A stretch of 60,407 nt of DNA, the filler included, from Stramenopiles sp. TOSAG23-3 (taxonomy: Eukaryota), in the NCBI GenBank assembly GCA_900128585.1. It is 14 parts of 14 records of this genome, joined end to end, with 100 filler letters (N's around TTAATTAATTAA, not from the genome) between each part and the next. Parts side by side here need not be neighbours in the genome. Positions count along the whole stretch, not along the records: positions 1 to 4,246 come from LT643897.1; positions 4,347 to 8,589 come from LT643898.1; positions 8,690 to 12,927 come from LT643899.1; 11 more parts are not named here. One strand, written 5' to 3'. The position numbers and the translations under genes are program-made. Of the stretch, positions 1-10,934 are shown piece after piece. Numbering within the stretch: the stretch's first letter is position 1; each line of letters opens with the position of its first letter. The notes under the pieces were generated by a model. That model was not told the DNA's origin, ran no database searches, and saw only the letters and a list, made by a program, of their open reading frames with translations.

Positions 1-142
1 TATCGATTCGGATCGTGCATGGAGTCCATCTATCGATTAGTAAAACCACAAGAGCAAAGATAACTTCGCAATTTAGAGTTCACTCTTCGCAGTACATTCA
101 TTTTAATTACTTTTAAATAACAGCCAATTTTCTTGTGTTTTT
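1..142 (-). repeat. Dispersed 3'-associated element, copy 1 (longest type-A copy)
   Basis: Minus strand reads AAAACACAAGAAAATTGGCTGTTATTTAAAAGTAATTAAAATGAATGTACTGCGAAGAGTGAACTCTAAATTGCGAAGTTATCTTTGCTCTTGTGG...GGACTCCATGCACGATCCGAATCG. It lies ~150 nt after the stop of the 292..1599 gene and runs off the contig edge. Confidence 0.9.
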
Positions 143-291
143 TTAAAGACTTTTTAAAGATTTTGCATATGATACATCATACTATATATGATATAATTTG
201 TTTTTTAAAGACTTTTTACAAAACAGGGAAAAAAATTGACAATGGTATATCTTAAGAATTTACTGTAAGATTACCACACAGGGTGGCGAAA

Positions 292-1599
292 TCAATCTAG
301 CAGTGTTCGAAGAAACGAAGATGAGCTGAGAATTAGAAAGCCAATGCCAAACACAAAGATCAACAACAAAACAGCTTGCTCGAAAACTTTCTCAATCCGG
401 CTTCTTAAGTCGTCCGCAGCATCCCAGTACCCCCGTTTTTTCTGCAGTTTCCAGTAAAACAATGGGGGGAGTATGAAGCCAAGAATATTGTTTCCAAAAC
501 CGCCGGAGAGGCCGGTTAAAGCGCTGAAATCAGGGACCAGATATGCAACAAAGCCAACTGCGCACACCACTACTGTTCTTAACAGGTTTACTTTCCATGT
601 GCGGGAGGTCGCAGAAAATTCACTCTTCGACGGCTTCACCCATTCGTTTTCCAAGGCCTCGTTGAACGGAAACAAAAAAACGACGCATGTGAAAACTTGG
701 CCGATGCCTGAAAGGATAAGTACAACCGACTTTACAGGACCATCCGGTAAATTCATTATAACATTTCCCCGGACATTTTCTGTTCCGTAGAAGTACCAGC
801 ACGTAACACCAAACGACAAATTCATAATTGTTACAAAGACAATCGAACTATTAAAAACCCCATTAAAGTACGGTGCGCTCTCTTCATCCATATTCTGATG
901 CAAAGGAAGTACGGCCGTTGAAATTAGAAAACAAAACCCAGCGTTCCCCAAAAACATCGGATACGCTTCCACATCGAAAGATTTTAAGTCACTAAAATTC
1001 TGCGGAGGGTCCTTTGATCCCGCGTCTATCGCCACACTAATCACAGCAGTAAACAAAGCAACAATCCCAAAAGCCGATGTGACTGCCACCATGTTCAAAC
1101 GTCTCATCCAGCTCAGTGGTATAATTATACATATGGTTGCAAGCAATAAAAGCGTTTTGTTCCAACCTGTAACTTCGGCCAGGGCACTGGCTACAAACAC
1201 AATGTATGAACCGCAAACGCCCAATGTCATTGCAAGCAGACCAAACCATGATAGCAAATAACCAGGTCGCCCAATTGCACAATAACCAATTTCGTAGAAC
1301 TTTGGTTTGGACTGGGCTGTCAGAATACCCAGATTTTCGTCGGGCATTAAGTCACTGCAGTAGGCTAGTCGTCGTAAACTGTACGAAGAGAGAATCGCTA
1401 AAACAACCATTCCAACTGCGGACCCAACGATACCGCCGTCTGTAAACGCGTGGGGGATTTCAAAAATTCCGGCCCCTGTAAAGCATAGCGTAGTATTGAT
1501 CCAAAACGAGATTATTGAGGCCGTCAACTTTTTTTTTCCTGAACCCACCTTCTCAAGGGTTGGTAAAAGCAGATTTTGGTTCAAGATCTTCTGCTCCAT
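292..1599 (-). CDS. Amino acid transporter (AAAP/Aa_trans family)
   Basis: About 11 hydrophobic helices. N-terminal GAGIFEIPHAFTDGG and C-terminal LGFILPPLFY are typical of AAAP permeases. First ATG at 1599 (the ORF track starts at TTG 1614). Confidence 0.9.
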   Translation of the reverse strand: MEQKILNQNLLLPTLEKVGSGKKKLTASIISFWINTTLCFTGAGIFEIPHAFTDGGIVGSAVGMVVLAILSSYSLRRLAYCSDLMPDENLGILTAQSKPKFYEIGYCAIGRPGYLLSWFGLLAMTLGVCGSYIVFVASALAEVTGWNKTLLLLATICIIIPLSWMRRLNMVAVTSAFGIVALFTAVISVAIDAGSKDPPQNFSDLKSFDVEAYPMFLGNAGFCFLISTAVLPLHQNMDEESAPYFNGVFNSSIVFVTIMNLSFGVTCWYFYGTENVRGNVIMNLPDGPVKSVVLILSGIGQVFTCVVFLFPFNEALENEWVKPSKSEFSATSRTWKVNLLRTVVVCAVGFVAYLVPDFSALTGLSGGFGNNILGFILPPLFYWKLQKKRGYWDAADDLRSRIEKVFEQAVLLLIFVFGIGFLILSSSSFLRTLLD

Positions 1600-2027
1600 A
1601 GTAAAATACGACAAATTTTCTGTGCTGACTCCAGGGAAGTAATCTTCATGAACGAATTGAATATTTCTTTCCCATATAAATAGACGGCTGTGTTAAATGT
1701 ATTATTTGATAAAAGTTCACATGATAAATTTTACAAGTAATCTATAATCTTAAGAAAATGAAAACAAATACGAACTCTGACAAACGTGGTGTGAAAGTGT
1801 ATTAATAGGTGTACTACTACAGAGATGATAATTAATTACTATCCTTTTTTTTTTTCCCTTTCTTACTACTATTCCTATATTGCAATTTTTCATTTCAGCA
1901 CTAAAAATAAATTGCTATTTTTTTTGTGGTTGTTCGAAAGAAAAAGTTAACAAATGCTGAATACTCTTAAGGTAAAATATTCCTGGGGTATTGTCTTATA
2001 TATATTAATATATCATATGTCCTTAAA

Positions 2028-4246
2028 TTAGTCGCTCTTCTTCGTCCTTCGCAAATATGTGGTATAGTTTCCGTACGTGTTGTTTGGGTGATGAGAGAAC
2101 AGGAACGCCTTGTGAGGATCTAATGGATTTCCATTTTTGTCCGTTGGAAAGACGCTTGCTGCTTTACCAGAATAAGGCTCCTCCGACGGCGACTCATCAT
2201 CCAAAGTCCCGCAATGCGGCGGATGGCACTTTGGAGTGATCCCCGCACGACATAAACATGAGTCATAGCATGAGACTTCATCGTTGATGTTTTTATGTTC
2301 GAACCATTCGAGACAATTTGATAAGCATGCCGACACCTTCCAGCACGGTGTCAAATGTGTAAACCGGTTTAACAAATTATCGGGGCATCCTTTTATTCCA
2401 CGCCCATTGTGCAGATGGCAGTTATTTTTCTGCATTTCCCTCTCACGCTCCTGGTGCAACCGCTGAAGCTCTTTCTTGTGATGCTCCTCGTTTTTTTTCC
2501 AATCGTTGTCAAACATTTTAAGTTCGCATCCTTGGACATCAAAATATGTTTGACCTTGAAAACAACTGATTTGAGGGTTTCCTTCAAACCCAGCAGCGCA
2601 CGACAAATGACAATCTTTCACAGTTTTTTTTCCCTGGCACCCTGAAGTATTGTACGCATGCAGGGAACGGGGCAAACTGCACCTGTTTTTAGCGCATCCA
2701 GACAATTTTCCTTCACTCCCCCATGCAGGGCAGGAGAGTTTTGCGAGGCCCTGGCTTTCATTTGTGCCGCAATGTGCCAAACACTTTGATGGAACTGTTT
2801 CACCAGTACACCCGGCTAAAATAAACCCATTTTCCGCTTTTGGAGCATTGCAGCTTCTTTCTGTGCAGCCTGAAAGCTTGAACCGGTTGGTTTCTGTGCA
2901 TGTTGCCTCTGCTGTTCCGTCAAACTCTTTTGCGCAAGTTACCCCGCACTCGTCTTCGGAAAGGATGCCTTCGCACCCCGAAACATTGTAACCCTCGGTA
3001 TCCAATGGCAAAGCGCATACTCTCTTGTGGCAACCAGAGAAGTGAAAATCACCATTGCGTCGTAAGCACGATAATATTGGTTCGCCATCATAGGAGTAAT
3101 GATTTTCGGTACATCTAATCTTGCATTCCTCTGGCTTTACAAAACCACGACAAACATCGTGGTCGACGACTTCATATGCAGCCTTCCATGTACCATTTTC
3201 TGGGAGCTGGCAGGAGAAGTCTTGGCAGCCTGATATTTCAAACGGTCCTTGATCCTCTTTACATAAAATTTTTGTTTTCCCTTTTTTCCCTGGTGCACAA
3301 GAAATATCACATTTCGACGCTGCAACCATGCCTAAGCAATTATTGACAACGAAGCTTTTCGACAACGGCGTGTGCATTGGAATATAACACTGATTTTCCA
3401 CACACCCAGAAAAATTAAATGGTTTGCCGTTTCCAACGCACTCTACGTTAGCTGTGCCCGTGTGAGAGCTTTTACATTCAGGAGAACAACCGTGAATGGT
3501 GCCATTTTTACATTTGTTTAAGTTATAAGCGGATCGGACGAGGGCATCAGACGGAACGAAACATTTTGGTATTTCATCGTTCTTCACGCACCCCGTTAAA
3601 ATCATTGGGTATCCTGTTTGATTGCATTTTGCAGTAGGTGTGCCATGATACCCGATCGCACACGAAAGTTTGCACTCCTTTGGATCTACAAGACCCGAAG
3701 AGTCCTTCGACTGACAATGAGACAAATTGTAACCTTTCTTCGCGAGAGGATTACATGTTTTAGCAGTCACAGGGCATTTGCACGAAGATTCAATACGGAA
3801 TTCGCCTTCGTCTTCATTACACCTTGCAGTAGCGTGTCCTTGACATGGTGCTTTGCAGGACAACCTGCACTTTTGTTCTGGTATGTACTCCACAGAAGTA
3901 TTGCATTTGGTACTATTACCAAACTCAACAGGGGCGTATCCGGGAACGTAATACAGCCCTTCCTTCATTTCGTTATATTCATCCTTTCTGGCGCAATTGA
4001 TTGACCTTCCAGTAGTGCAGTCAGATACATTGATAAAGGATGGAAGACTATTTGTTTTCAAACGGCACCTATTTGGACTATCAGTTTTCTGACAACCCGT
4101 CGCTGAAAATTCACCATGATCTGAAGTGCAAAATGCGTAGATCTCACGGTTGCCTTGACTGTACCCTTCTGCACATTTCAAATGACACTCCGACGATGAT
4201 TTGAAGCCACCGCTGCAACCACTTGTATCGTATCCCTCTATACCAT
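2028..4246 (-). CDS. Cys-rich extracellular protein with ~60-aa sushi/CCP-like repeats (5' truncated)
   Basis: Repeated pattern C-x-LP...GYnxSgC...C-x-LsCa-GY/F-G-P...C...F-LsGC. The frame is open to the contig edge. Confidence 0.8.
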
Positions 4247-4346
4247 NNNNNNNNNNNNNNNNNNNNNNNNNNNNNNNNNNNNNNNNNNNNTTAATTAATT
4301 AANNNNNNNNNNNNNNNNNNNNNNNNNNNNNNNNNNNNNNNNNNNN
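4247..4346. other. Artificial contig-joining linker (N44-TTAATTAATTAA-N44), first of 13
   Basis: The same 100-nt linker, with stops in all six frames, recurs at 8590, 12928, 17261, 21590, 25917, 30243, 34564, 38879, 43188, 47495, 51800 and 56104. Contig lengths decrease steadily from 4246 to 4204. Confidence 0.99.
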
Positions 4347-4347
4347 A

Positions 4348-6189
4348 GTATTTTGTAAAGATCACGGAGATGCAATGCACTCTCGTGGCAACCGAAAGAT
4401 GAAGCATTCCATGGTTGACATACCAAAATGCGCGGAATGCTTGCAATGGACGCGGCCAGAACCCTACCACTTGCCCCAAGTCGCCACCATTGAAATGAAA
4501 GGCGGGAACTACGACGGAATTCAGCTGTGCGACGAATGCTGGCACGGGATTGTCAAAGACCAGGAAGATGGGGGAGTGATCCATAGGCTGGTGGCAGCAT
4601 GTGCGCAATGTAAATTGTACGCAGCTAGATGGGAATGCATGGAGTGCGGCGGTGAATTGTACTGCAATGACTGCTACGTCGAAGCACACAGGAGCGGGAA
4701 ACGCCAACTCCATCGTTCGACGCCGTTAACTTACTACCCACAATCCATGCTGCGCCATGATAGACACGAACGCGAACAATTGAAAACGAAGGAAGCTTTG
4801 GATGCAAAAATGGGGGCACTGAGAGACAAGAATACCGCCCTTGTGCGCAACCGTTCCGCAAAAACCATCCAGCGAGCGTTTAGGTTTTTCAGCGCCCAAA
4901 CAATGTACAAATCAAAGCGGAGACGAATCGGCAGGGCCCGGCACGCGAAATTTTTACAACGAAAGAAGGACGACAAAGTTCGCCGTTCCTGTACATACAA
5001 AATAAAACGGTTCTTTCGGGCTCACCCTGAACTTCCATCGGACGAGTTTTCGATACCAAAAACATTGTGGAGGCGAGCGTTGCTCTCGCTGAGCGTGGTC
5101 GGAACATCGTCCGTAAGTATGTCGTCAATGTTCGAGAAAGGTGCAAAGGTGGAAATATGTAACAAACGCCACGCGTTTTTTCGGGCCCAGGGTATTATAA
5201 TGACGCCGCCGGAGACGAAAAAGAAGCCATTTCATATATTTCTTTCGTCCGCTTCGAAATCAATCACAGTGATCCTTAAAGACATTCGTATTCCTCAGGG
5301 TGTGCAAGAGCGAATACAACGAAGGTGCGCCTATACAACCATGTTGGCGCGGGAACGAAATACTGATTGGTTTGGACTTCCGGTTAAACCGAAATTTCCC
5401 ACATTAAAGCGATCCCGGTACAAACTATCCCGCAAGATACGCCGCGTGTCTGCAAAGAAAGAAATGAAACGGTACGACGACATGGCTAAACAGAACCCTG
5501 ACATGGACTACAACGAACGCCTGGCCGCGGAAAGTAGGTTGTATGTCGCCCCGTTGAAGACCACCAGCTGGAATGCGTGGGAAGCGGAGAGAGTCCATGC
5601 ACAAGAATTGGGGAACTGGGAATGGCTAAATGGCCTGGCCACTGGGAATCGATATTGGCTCAATGTTGAAACAAATGAGCGAAGAGAGTTTAAACCTCGC
5701 ATATTCTTGACGAGAAAAGATATCCTGTGGTACTACACGGCACTTCAAATCAGGGAGACGTACCGCCAGTACACTATTCAAGACTATGAAAAGGTCGAGT
5801 GTGACTGGTTTATCGCGAAAAAGGTTCAAAAGGTTCTATCGGAAGAGGAAGTTAAGCGACAGGAAGCCGCAAAATGGAAGCGTGGCCACGACGATGCCAG
5901 CGATCGTCCGTTCTGGTACAGGACCGTCATCATTCGGGACGTTCCTGGCGCAGCCCAGATGGACGAGGAAGATTTTCCTACAAGGGAAGAGAAGGTATGG
6001 GAGATGCCATTAGAGCTAATGGACCCCGAAGAACGAACTAAGAAAATAATTGAACAACAAAAAGAAGCCCAACAAAAAGCTGCTGATGATGCGCTGAGGG
6101 AAGAAAATGAATTGAAGCAGGCAGCTCGTATGAGGGAGCTCGAGCGAAAAAAGGCCAAGCGTGGAAGCAAAGGTGGGCGGCGAAGATAA
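4348..6189 (+). CDS. B-box zinc finger / IQ / WW domain protein (5' truncated)
   Basis: CAQC...CMEC...YCNDCYVEAH...H (B-box); SAKTIQRAFR (IQ); WEWLNGLATGNRYWLNVETNERREFKP and WKRGHDDASDRPFWY...VWEMP (WW-like); C-terminal coiled coil. Confidence 0.8.
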   Translation, partial: VFCKDHGDAMHSRGNRKMKHSMVDIPKCAECLQWTRPEPYHLPQVATIEMKGGNYDGIQLCDECWHGIVKDQEDGGVIHRLVAACAQCKLYAARWECMECGGELYCNDCYVEAHRSGKRQLHRSTPLTYYPQSMLRHDRHEREQLKTKEALDAKMGALRDKNTALVRNRSAKTIQRAFRFFSAQTMYKSKRRRIGRARHAKFLQRKKDDKVRRSCTYKIKRFFRAHPELPSDEFSIPKTLWRRALLSLSVVGTSSVSMSSMFEKGAKVEICNKRHAFFRAQGIIMTPPETKKKPFHIFLSSASKSITVILKDIRIPQGVQERIQRRCAYTTMLARERNTDWFGLPVKPKFPTLKRSRYKLSRKIRRVSAKKEMKRYDDMAKQNPDMDYNERLAAESRLYVAPLKTTSWNAWEAERVHAQELGNWEWLNGLATGNRYWLNVETNERREFKPRIFLTRKDILWYYTALQIRETYRQYTIQDYEKVECDWFIAKKVQKVLSEEEVKRQEAAKWKRGHDDASDRPFWYRTVIIRDVPGAAQMDEEDFPTREEKVWEMPLELMDPEERTKKIIEQQKEAQQKAADDALREENELKQAARMRELERKKAKRGSKGGRRR

Positions 6190-6205
6190 TGCTGAGTTTT
6201 ATTTT

Positions 6206-6232
6206 AAAAACAAAAAATTGGCTGTTATTTAA
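6206..6232 (+). repeat. Dispersed 3'-associated element, copy 2 (core only)
   Basis: AAAAACAAAAAATTGGCTGTTATTTAA, 16 nt after the stop at 6189, in sense orientation. Confidence 0.85.
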
Positions 6233-6268
6233 CTTGGTGCAGAGCAACAATTTAAAAACGTATTTGCC

Positions 6269-8587
6269 CTATGACTCTGCCCTACTTGCTGCCTTTCTCA
6301 GAGCTGACAGCCGACCAAGTCTGTCCTTTCGGTCAGCACTGTTCTTCATCTGGAGCCGTCTCAACTCAACAACCATGCCTGGATCCACCCTTCGTTGCCT
6401 TAAGCATGCCATTTCATTTTCCAACTGCTGATTCCTGTTGGCCAATGCATGATTCCTTTTACTTTGTTGAACACATCGCAATTCCAACGCTTTGTTCCTT
6501 TCCTGAAGCAAAGCCACTGTTTCCGGACCATCCTGGTCGTTCGGGGCGGTCTGGATCTCCTTCAACTCCAACGATTTTTCGATGGGGTTCACGGTCCACT
6601 CTGCCTGGCTAGCACGGAGCCAAATTCCCATCCCTTTCTTGCAGCATGGTTGAAATACCCGCCAGCTCGACATAACGGCGCATACGGTCTTCGCCGTGCC
6701 TTGCAGCTGTTCTCTAGATTCTAAATAGGATAACCAAATGTACGTGCCCAGTCCGACAAGAAGGCAAAAAATATTCAAAAGAAGGACACCGGCTTCTGCA
6801 GCTTTGCAGATGGTGCTAGAGCCGCCACTGTCATTGCACCTGGGGTAAACCACGAATATCCCCCCCACCCACAGCGTTAGAAAGCAACAAGAATTGAGTA
6901 GGATTTCCAGCCGGGACAAGCTTTCCGTCTCGAACGGCTGGGCCATGACAGTGTGGGCGAGCAAGACGCCGACAACACCCAGGGCAAGGAGGACTTGCAA
7001 CTCTTTGCTAAAAATACCGATATAAATAATCGCCAACTTCCGGAGCACTACCCAAAACTCGTGCCTGTAGTGCGCTCGTTTGTACCCGTCGTACAGGAGC
7101 CCGAAACGGATGCGGGTGTTGGGCTCATCCAGTTTGTCGCGAAACCGGTACAGGGTGATGAACGCCGCTAGGGGGAGGCCAAGCACGTACACGACCACGG
7201 CAGGCCACCCGATAAAATTGACCCACCAACGGTGGCTTGCGTCCGTGCAGAGCGTTTCCGGGTCGACGACGAAAATTAGACCGACTCCTTCGACCTCTTC
7301 GCACTTCCATAGCCCAAAGACGGACGCGGTAATGGAGGGGTAAAGTAAGTACAGCAACAGCACTATGGTCCCAACCATCATTGGCCGGACTTGCTTTCGT
7401 TCGACGAAGCGGGGCCCCAGGGTCGACCAGACGACGACGGTGATGAAAACGAGACCCACGGGTAAAAGCACGTAGGAAAGGGTTTTCCAGTACTCCACTT
7501 CCGCTACTGACAATGTCTGTGCCATCATGCACCGGACGTCCATGAGTTCTTCCCCCACAGATGACACCAGCGCTTGGGTACGGAACAGTCCGATGTAATC
7601 CGCGGGCCAGGGAATGCTCATTGTTGCCGACAGGGCGGCCGTTTGGAGATAGGAGAGGTAGACCTTCTTCGCACCGTCGGAGGATTCAAACGCCCCCCCG
7701 CGCTGAATTACCGTGGACCACACCAAGAAACATAAAATGGCAAGAAGTGCAAGGATTGCCAGGACCGGCACTGCCACCTTTCCCCCCTCGTCGCATTTCT
7801 TGCAGGTGCCTCGCCCGTCCCGGCTGAACCCCATCAGGCAGTCCGCGCACAACCTGCCCCCTTCACGGTACCCTTTGTCAACGTTGCAGCTTTCGGGGTG
7901 GTCGGTGCTGGTTTCTTCTGGGCACTGGCTTGCCAAGTTAGGGTTTACCGCCCCGAGGCAAGCGCACGGGTTTAGGCAGGAAGAAAAAAGCGTCGTGTTT
8001 GGGACACGCCAAAACCCTGTCATGGCCTTTACCCCAGCTATGTCCGTACCGCCGGGGCAGTACCCACCCTTTGGACAAATCTTGCACTGCTTCCCGTCCA
8101 AGTATTGGCCCGCAGGGCAACCTTCGGGGCAGTAGTCTTCCAAGCGAGTGTTTTTTGTTTTGGAGAGCCCTGGTTGGTTGTTGTACCTTCCAACGGGGCA
8201 AACGGCGCACGCCTTTGCCTGTATGGCGCCCTCGACGTGGCCGTAAAGGCCTGCCGGGCAGTCCTGACAGGAAGAGTCCTGTTCGCTGCGGGCAATTAAC
8301 GAGATACCGGTCTTCCCGTATCTCCCTAATGCGCACGCCTTTTTTCCCCCATCTTTGCAGAAAAAACCGTCTGGGCAGGCAGTGCAATTAAAAGTGTTTT
8401 CGCCGTATTCTCCAGTGGGGCATGTGTCGCACACCCTGTCATGTTGTGCAGATCCCTCGGATAGGATTTTCTCGCTACAGTTCGACCACGGCGCGCAAGT
8501 CCAAGAGTTTTGGTGTGCCGAGAACGATCCCGTTTCGCACAGTGCACATGCCCAGTCATTCACAGCCGTGGCGTTCAGTGTGATAAT
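6269..8587 (-). CDS. Cys-rich (GCC2/GCC3- and TNFR-like repeats) multi-pass membrane protein (5' truncated)
   Basis: CxxCPxGxY repeats, then several TM helices with RFGLLYDGYK...FWVVLRKL typical of protist Cys-rich receptor-like proteins, then a coiled-coil tail. Confidence 0.85.
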   Translation of the reverse strand: MITLNATAVNDWACALCETGSFSAHQNSWTCAPWSNCSEKILSEGSAQHDRVCDTCPTGEYGENTFNCTACPDGFFCKDGGKKACALGRYGKTGISLIARSEQDSSCQDCPAGLYGHVEGAIQAKACAVCPVGRYNNQPGLSKTKNTRLEDYCPEGCPAGQYLDGKQCKICPKGGYCPGGTDIAGVKAMTGFWRVPNTTLFSSCLNPCACLGAVNPNLASQCPEETSTDHPESCNVDKGYREGGRLCADCLMGFSRDGRGTCKKCDEGGKVAVPVLAILALLAILCFLVWSTVIQRGGAFESSDGAKKVYLSYLQTAALSATMSIPWPADYIGLFRTQALVSSVGEELMDVRCMMAQTLSVAEVEYWKTLSYVLLPVGLVFITVVVWSTLGPRFVERKQVRPMMVGTIVLLLYLLYPSITASVFGLWKCEEVEGVGLIFVVDPETLCTDASHRWWVNFIGWPAVVVYVLGLPLAAFITLYRFRDKLDEPNTRIRFGLLYDGYKRAHYRHEFWVVLRKLAIIYIGIFSKELQVLLALGVVGVLLAHTVMAQPFETESLSRLEILLNSCCFLTLWVGGIFVVYPRCNDSGGSSTICKAAEAGVLLLNIFCLLVGLGTYIWLSYLESREQLQGTAKTVCAVMSSWRVFQPCCKKGMGIWLRASQAEWTVNPIEKSLELKEIQTAPNDQDGPETVALLQERNKALELRCVQQSKRNHALANRNQQLENEMACLRQRRVDPGMVVELRRLQMKNSADRKDRLGRLSALRKAASRAES

Positions 8588-9349
8588 GCNNNNNNNNNNN
8601 NNNNNNNNNNNNNNNNNNNNNNNNNNNNNNNNNTTAATTAATTAANNNNNNNNNNNNNNNNNNNNNNNNNNNNNNNNNNNNNNNNNNNNGGGGGGGGGGG
8701 GGGGGATCCAATAGCTTTCGAAGACTCCTCTTTTTCATCCAAACACTATGCTCAAAATTGACCTAGTTGAATTCTGCAGATTTTATTATAAATGTTTATT
8801 TCATCATCTGCTCGCTTGGTGGTGGTAATATTATTATATTTTATTAATAATTAATAATAATACTTTCTTCTTCCTTCTATAATTTAGAGAAAGAACCCCC
8901 TACTGCTCCATTAGAACGGGTTGATAAGCTGCTCCATTATATAGGACTAATATTATTAATATCCGTTTTTCCATGAGCCATGCATGCACGTCATAATTAA
9001 TTGCCAGCAATTAGTATACTTTTAATTATCCTCCTATTTACCAGGGACTTTCTTCTTTCTGCTTGCACTTCAGTTCAGTTTTTTTGGACTAAATAATATT
9101 TATTATATAGTATAGGTAGTAGACAGCAATGATGTGAGTGCGACAAGACAACAATACAACTTGTGCACCACCACCACCACCACCACCGAGTACTGAGTAC
9201 TGAATAGCCGTCTAGTAAAACAAACGTAAAAACTGCTTTCGGTTCAGCTTCGAATGGAAAATGCACCTTTGACGCAGTGTGTGAATATCTTCTTTTCGCA
9301 GTGTGAAGAGCAGCCACGCTGTGTAAAAGAGACTCCTGTGTGACATAGT

Positions 9350-10465
9350 ATGGCGGGAACTGGAAATTTGGCCCAACAGGACGACTATGGGGATGACCAA
9401 GCATTTTTCGGCGCTTCGTATGAAATAGTTGGTGACCCGTCGCAATCGCTTGCGGCGCTTCATGCCGCTCAGATGCACCAAGTTAAACCGAAGCAGCAGC
9501 AATTAAGTGCTGTCGAAATGCAAAGAAAGCATATGAAAAAGGAACTTGAAGCGTGGAACAATCAACTTGGAATGAAATCGAGCTGGGTGACATATCAGTG
9601 GCAGCAGCAGCAAAAGAAGTGTCACAAGAAAGCCCTTTCGACCATGACGTCGTTTGTTCAAGAAGACGTCAAAAAGCATATGCGAAAAATTAGAGACGAT
9701 GCGAAACTGTACAACAATGATGGGATGAAAGAAGCAGCCGCCAAGTACAAACAAGGCAGGTTAAATGAAAACAATAAAGAAATTTTGAAGCGCCTGTTCA
9801 TGGTCTCCGTGTCGGACAGCCCCATTTCCAAACTAAACTCAGCGGCAGGTAGAAAGCAGGAAAAACGGCAACGCATGGATCGAATCAAAGCGTTGAGACA
9901 GGCAAAGCAAATGAAAATGGACTACATCAACAGGGAAAACCAGCTAATGATCAAAAGAATTTCTCAGGCGAGGTCCAGTTTTGACCACAAGGAGGAAAAG
10001 AAATTTTTTGAGCGGCACAAGAAGCTCAGGGCAGCGATGCGCCGTGTCAAGGACAAACCGAAGAAAGGAAGAAAAGGCAGAGGGAAAAGAGGAAGGGGGA
10101 AAAAGGGAGAAAACAATGCAAGAAGCGCGGGTGGTCACCTTCCCCCCACGGAGATGTCGCCGACTTTACCCAGAATATCGAGGAAAGAAGATTCGAACGA
10201 CCCCCTCAAGCTCAACAACTCGGCGTATCAAACGATGGTCACTGTTGACGGCAGTCGTGTGCAAGCTTCCACGTTTGTGTACGCGGACCATTTGCGCTTT
10301 GAACTGCTGGACCCCAGAACAAATGCAGTACGGGGGTTTGAGCTGACCAACCAGGAACTGGGACAATTGATTGATACAAGGTTCCGCGAGTTGCGTGGGT
10401 TTAGCGGTAAAGAGAGGATAAAAGGGATTACAGAACGTCTCCCGCAGCTCTTGCAAGGATATTGA
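9350..10465 (+). CDS. CFAP97/KIAA1430 (hemingway)-domain-like basic coiled-coil protein
   Basis: Two copies of the I/L-x-x-E/N-N-x-x-L/M-x-KR-L/I motif (LNENNKEILKRL; INRENQLMIKRISQARSSFD). Confidence 0.6.
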   Translation: MAGTGNLAQQDDYGDDQAFFGASYEIVGDPSQSLAALHAAQMHQVKPKQQQLSAVEMQRKHMKKELEAWNNQLGMKSSWVTYQWQQQQKKCHKKALSTMTSFVQEDVKKHMRKIRDDAKLYNNDGMKEAAAKYKQGRLNENNKEILKRLFMVSVSDSPISKLNSAAGRKQEKRQRMDRIKALRQAKQMKMDYINRENQLMIKRISQARSSFDHKEEKKFFERHKKLRAAMRRVKDKPKKGRKGRGKRGRGKKGENNARSAGGHLPPTEMSPTLPRISRKEDSNDPLKLNNSAYQTMVTVDGSRVQASTFVYADHLRFELLDPRTNAVRGFELTNQELGQLIDTRFRELRGFSGKERIKGITERLPQLLQGY

Positions 10466-10707
10466 GTGTCTAGGTGCGCAACTGTGATGTATTTTTGTAC
10501 AAAGGTGCGCGTAATTCTTTAAACTCTCTTTTTATTTCAAAGTGTTCATTTCCGTTAAAATTCTTAAAGAATTAATAAATAAAAAACCGAAGTCAGTTTA
10601 TCTAGATTATGAGTAAAGGTGTTTCAATTTGAAAACAAATTATATAGTATGTTTTAAGACTCTCATTTTAAATCAAATATCGTTCGTCCCTTTATTGCCT
10701 GAATTCA

Positions 10708-10817
10708 AATTGATGTTAAACCATTTAAGAACAGGGTTAATTTGATGTTAAACCATTTAAGAAGGTTAATTTGATGGTAAACCAGTTTAAGAAAGATTAA
10801 TTTGATGTTAAACCATT
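10708..10817. repeat. Tandem ~30-bp minisatellite, 4 copies
   Basis: Unit AATTTGATGTTAAACCATTTAAGAA(cag)GGTT repeated with small variations, abutting element copy 3. Confidence 0.9.
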
Positions 10818-10828
10818 CCGAGATAGTT

Positions 10829-10920
10829 AAGTTCGCAGTTCATGGTCTAAATCTAGATTTCAGTTCGCAGTGTACATTAATTTTAATTACTTAAATAACA
10901 GCCAATTTTTTCTTGTTTTA
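10829..10920 (-). repeat. Dispersed 3'-associated element, copy 3
   Basis: Minus strand AAAACAAGAAAAAATTGGCTGTTATTTAAGTAATTAAAATTAATGTACACTGCGAACTGAAATCTAG...CTGCGAACTT, ~15 nt after the stop at 10935. Confidence 0.9.
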
Positions 10921-10934
10921 AAATAATCAGACCA

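Noticed and set aside
8690-8705. Poly-G run at a contig start (possible G-quadruplex)
   Set aside because: It sits at an assembly edge and may be a sequencing artefact.
10708-10817. CRISPR-like array
   Set aside because: The units are contiguous tandem copies without unique 25-40 nt spacers, there are no cas genes, and the context is eukaryotic.
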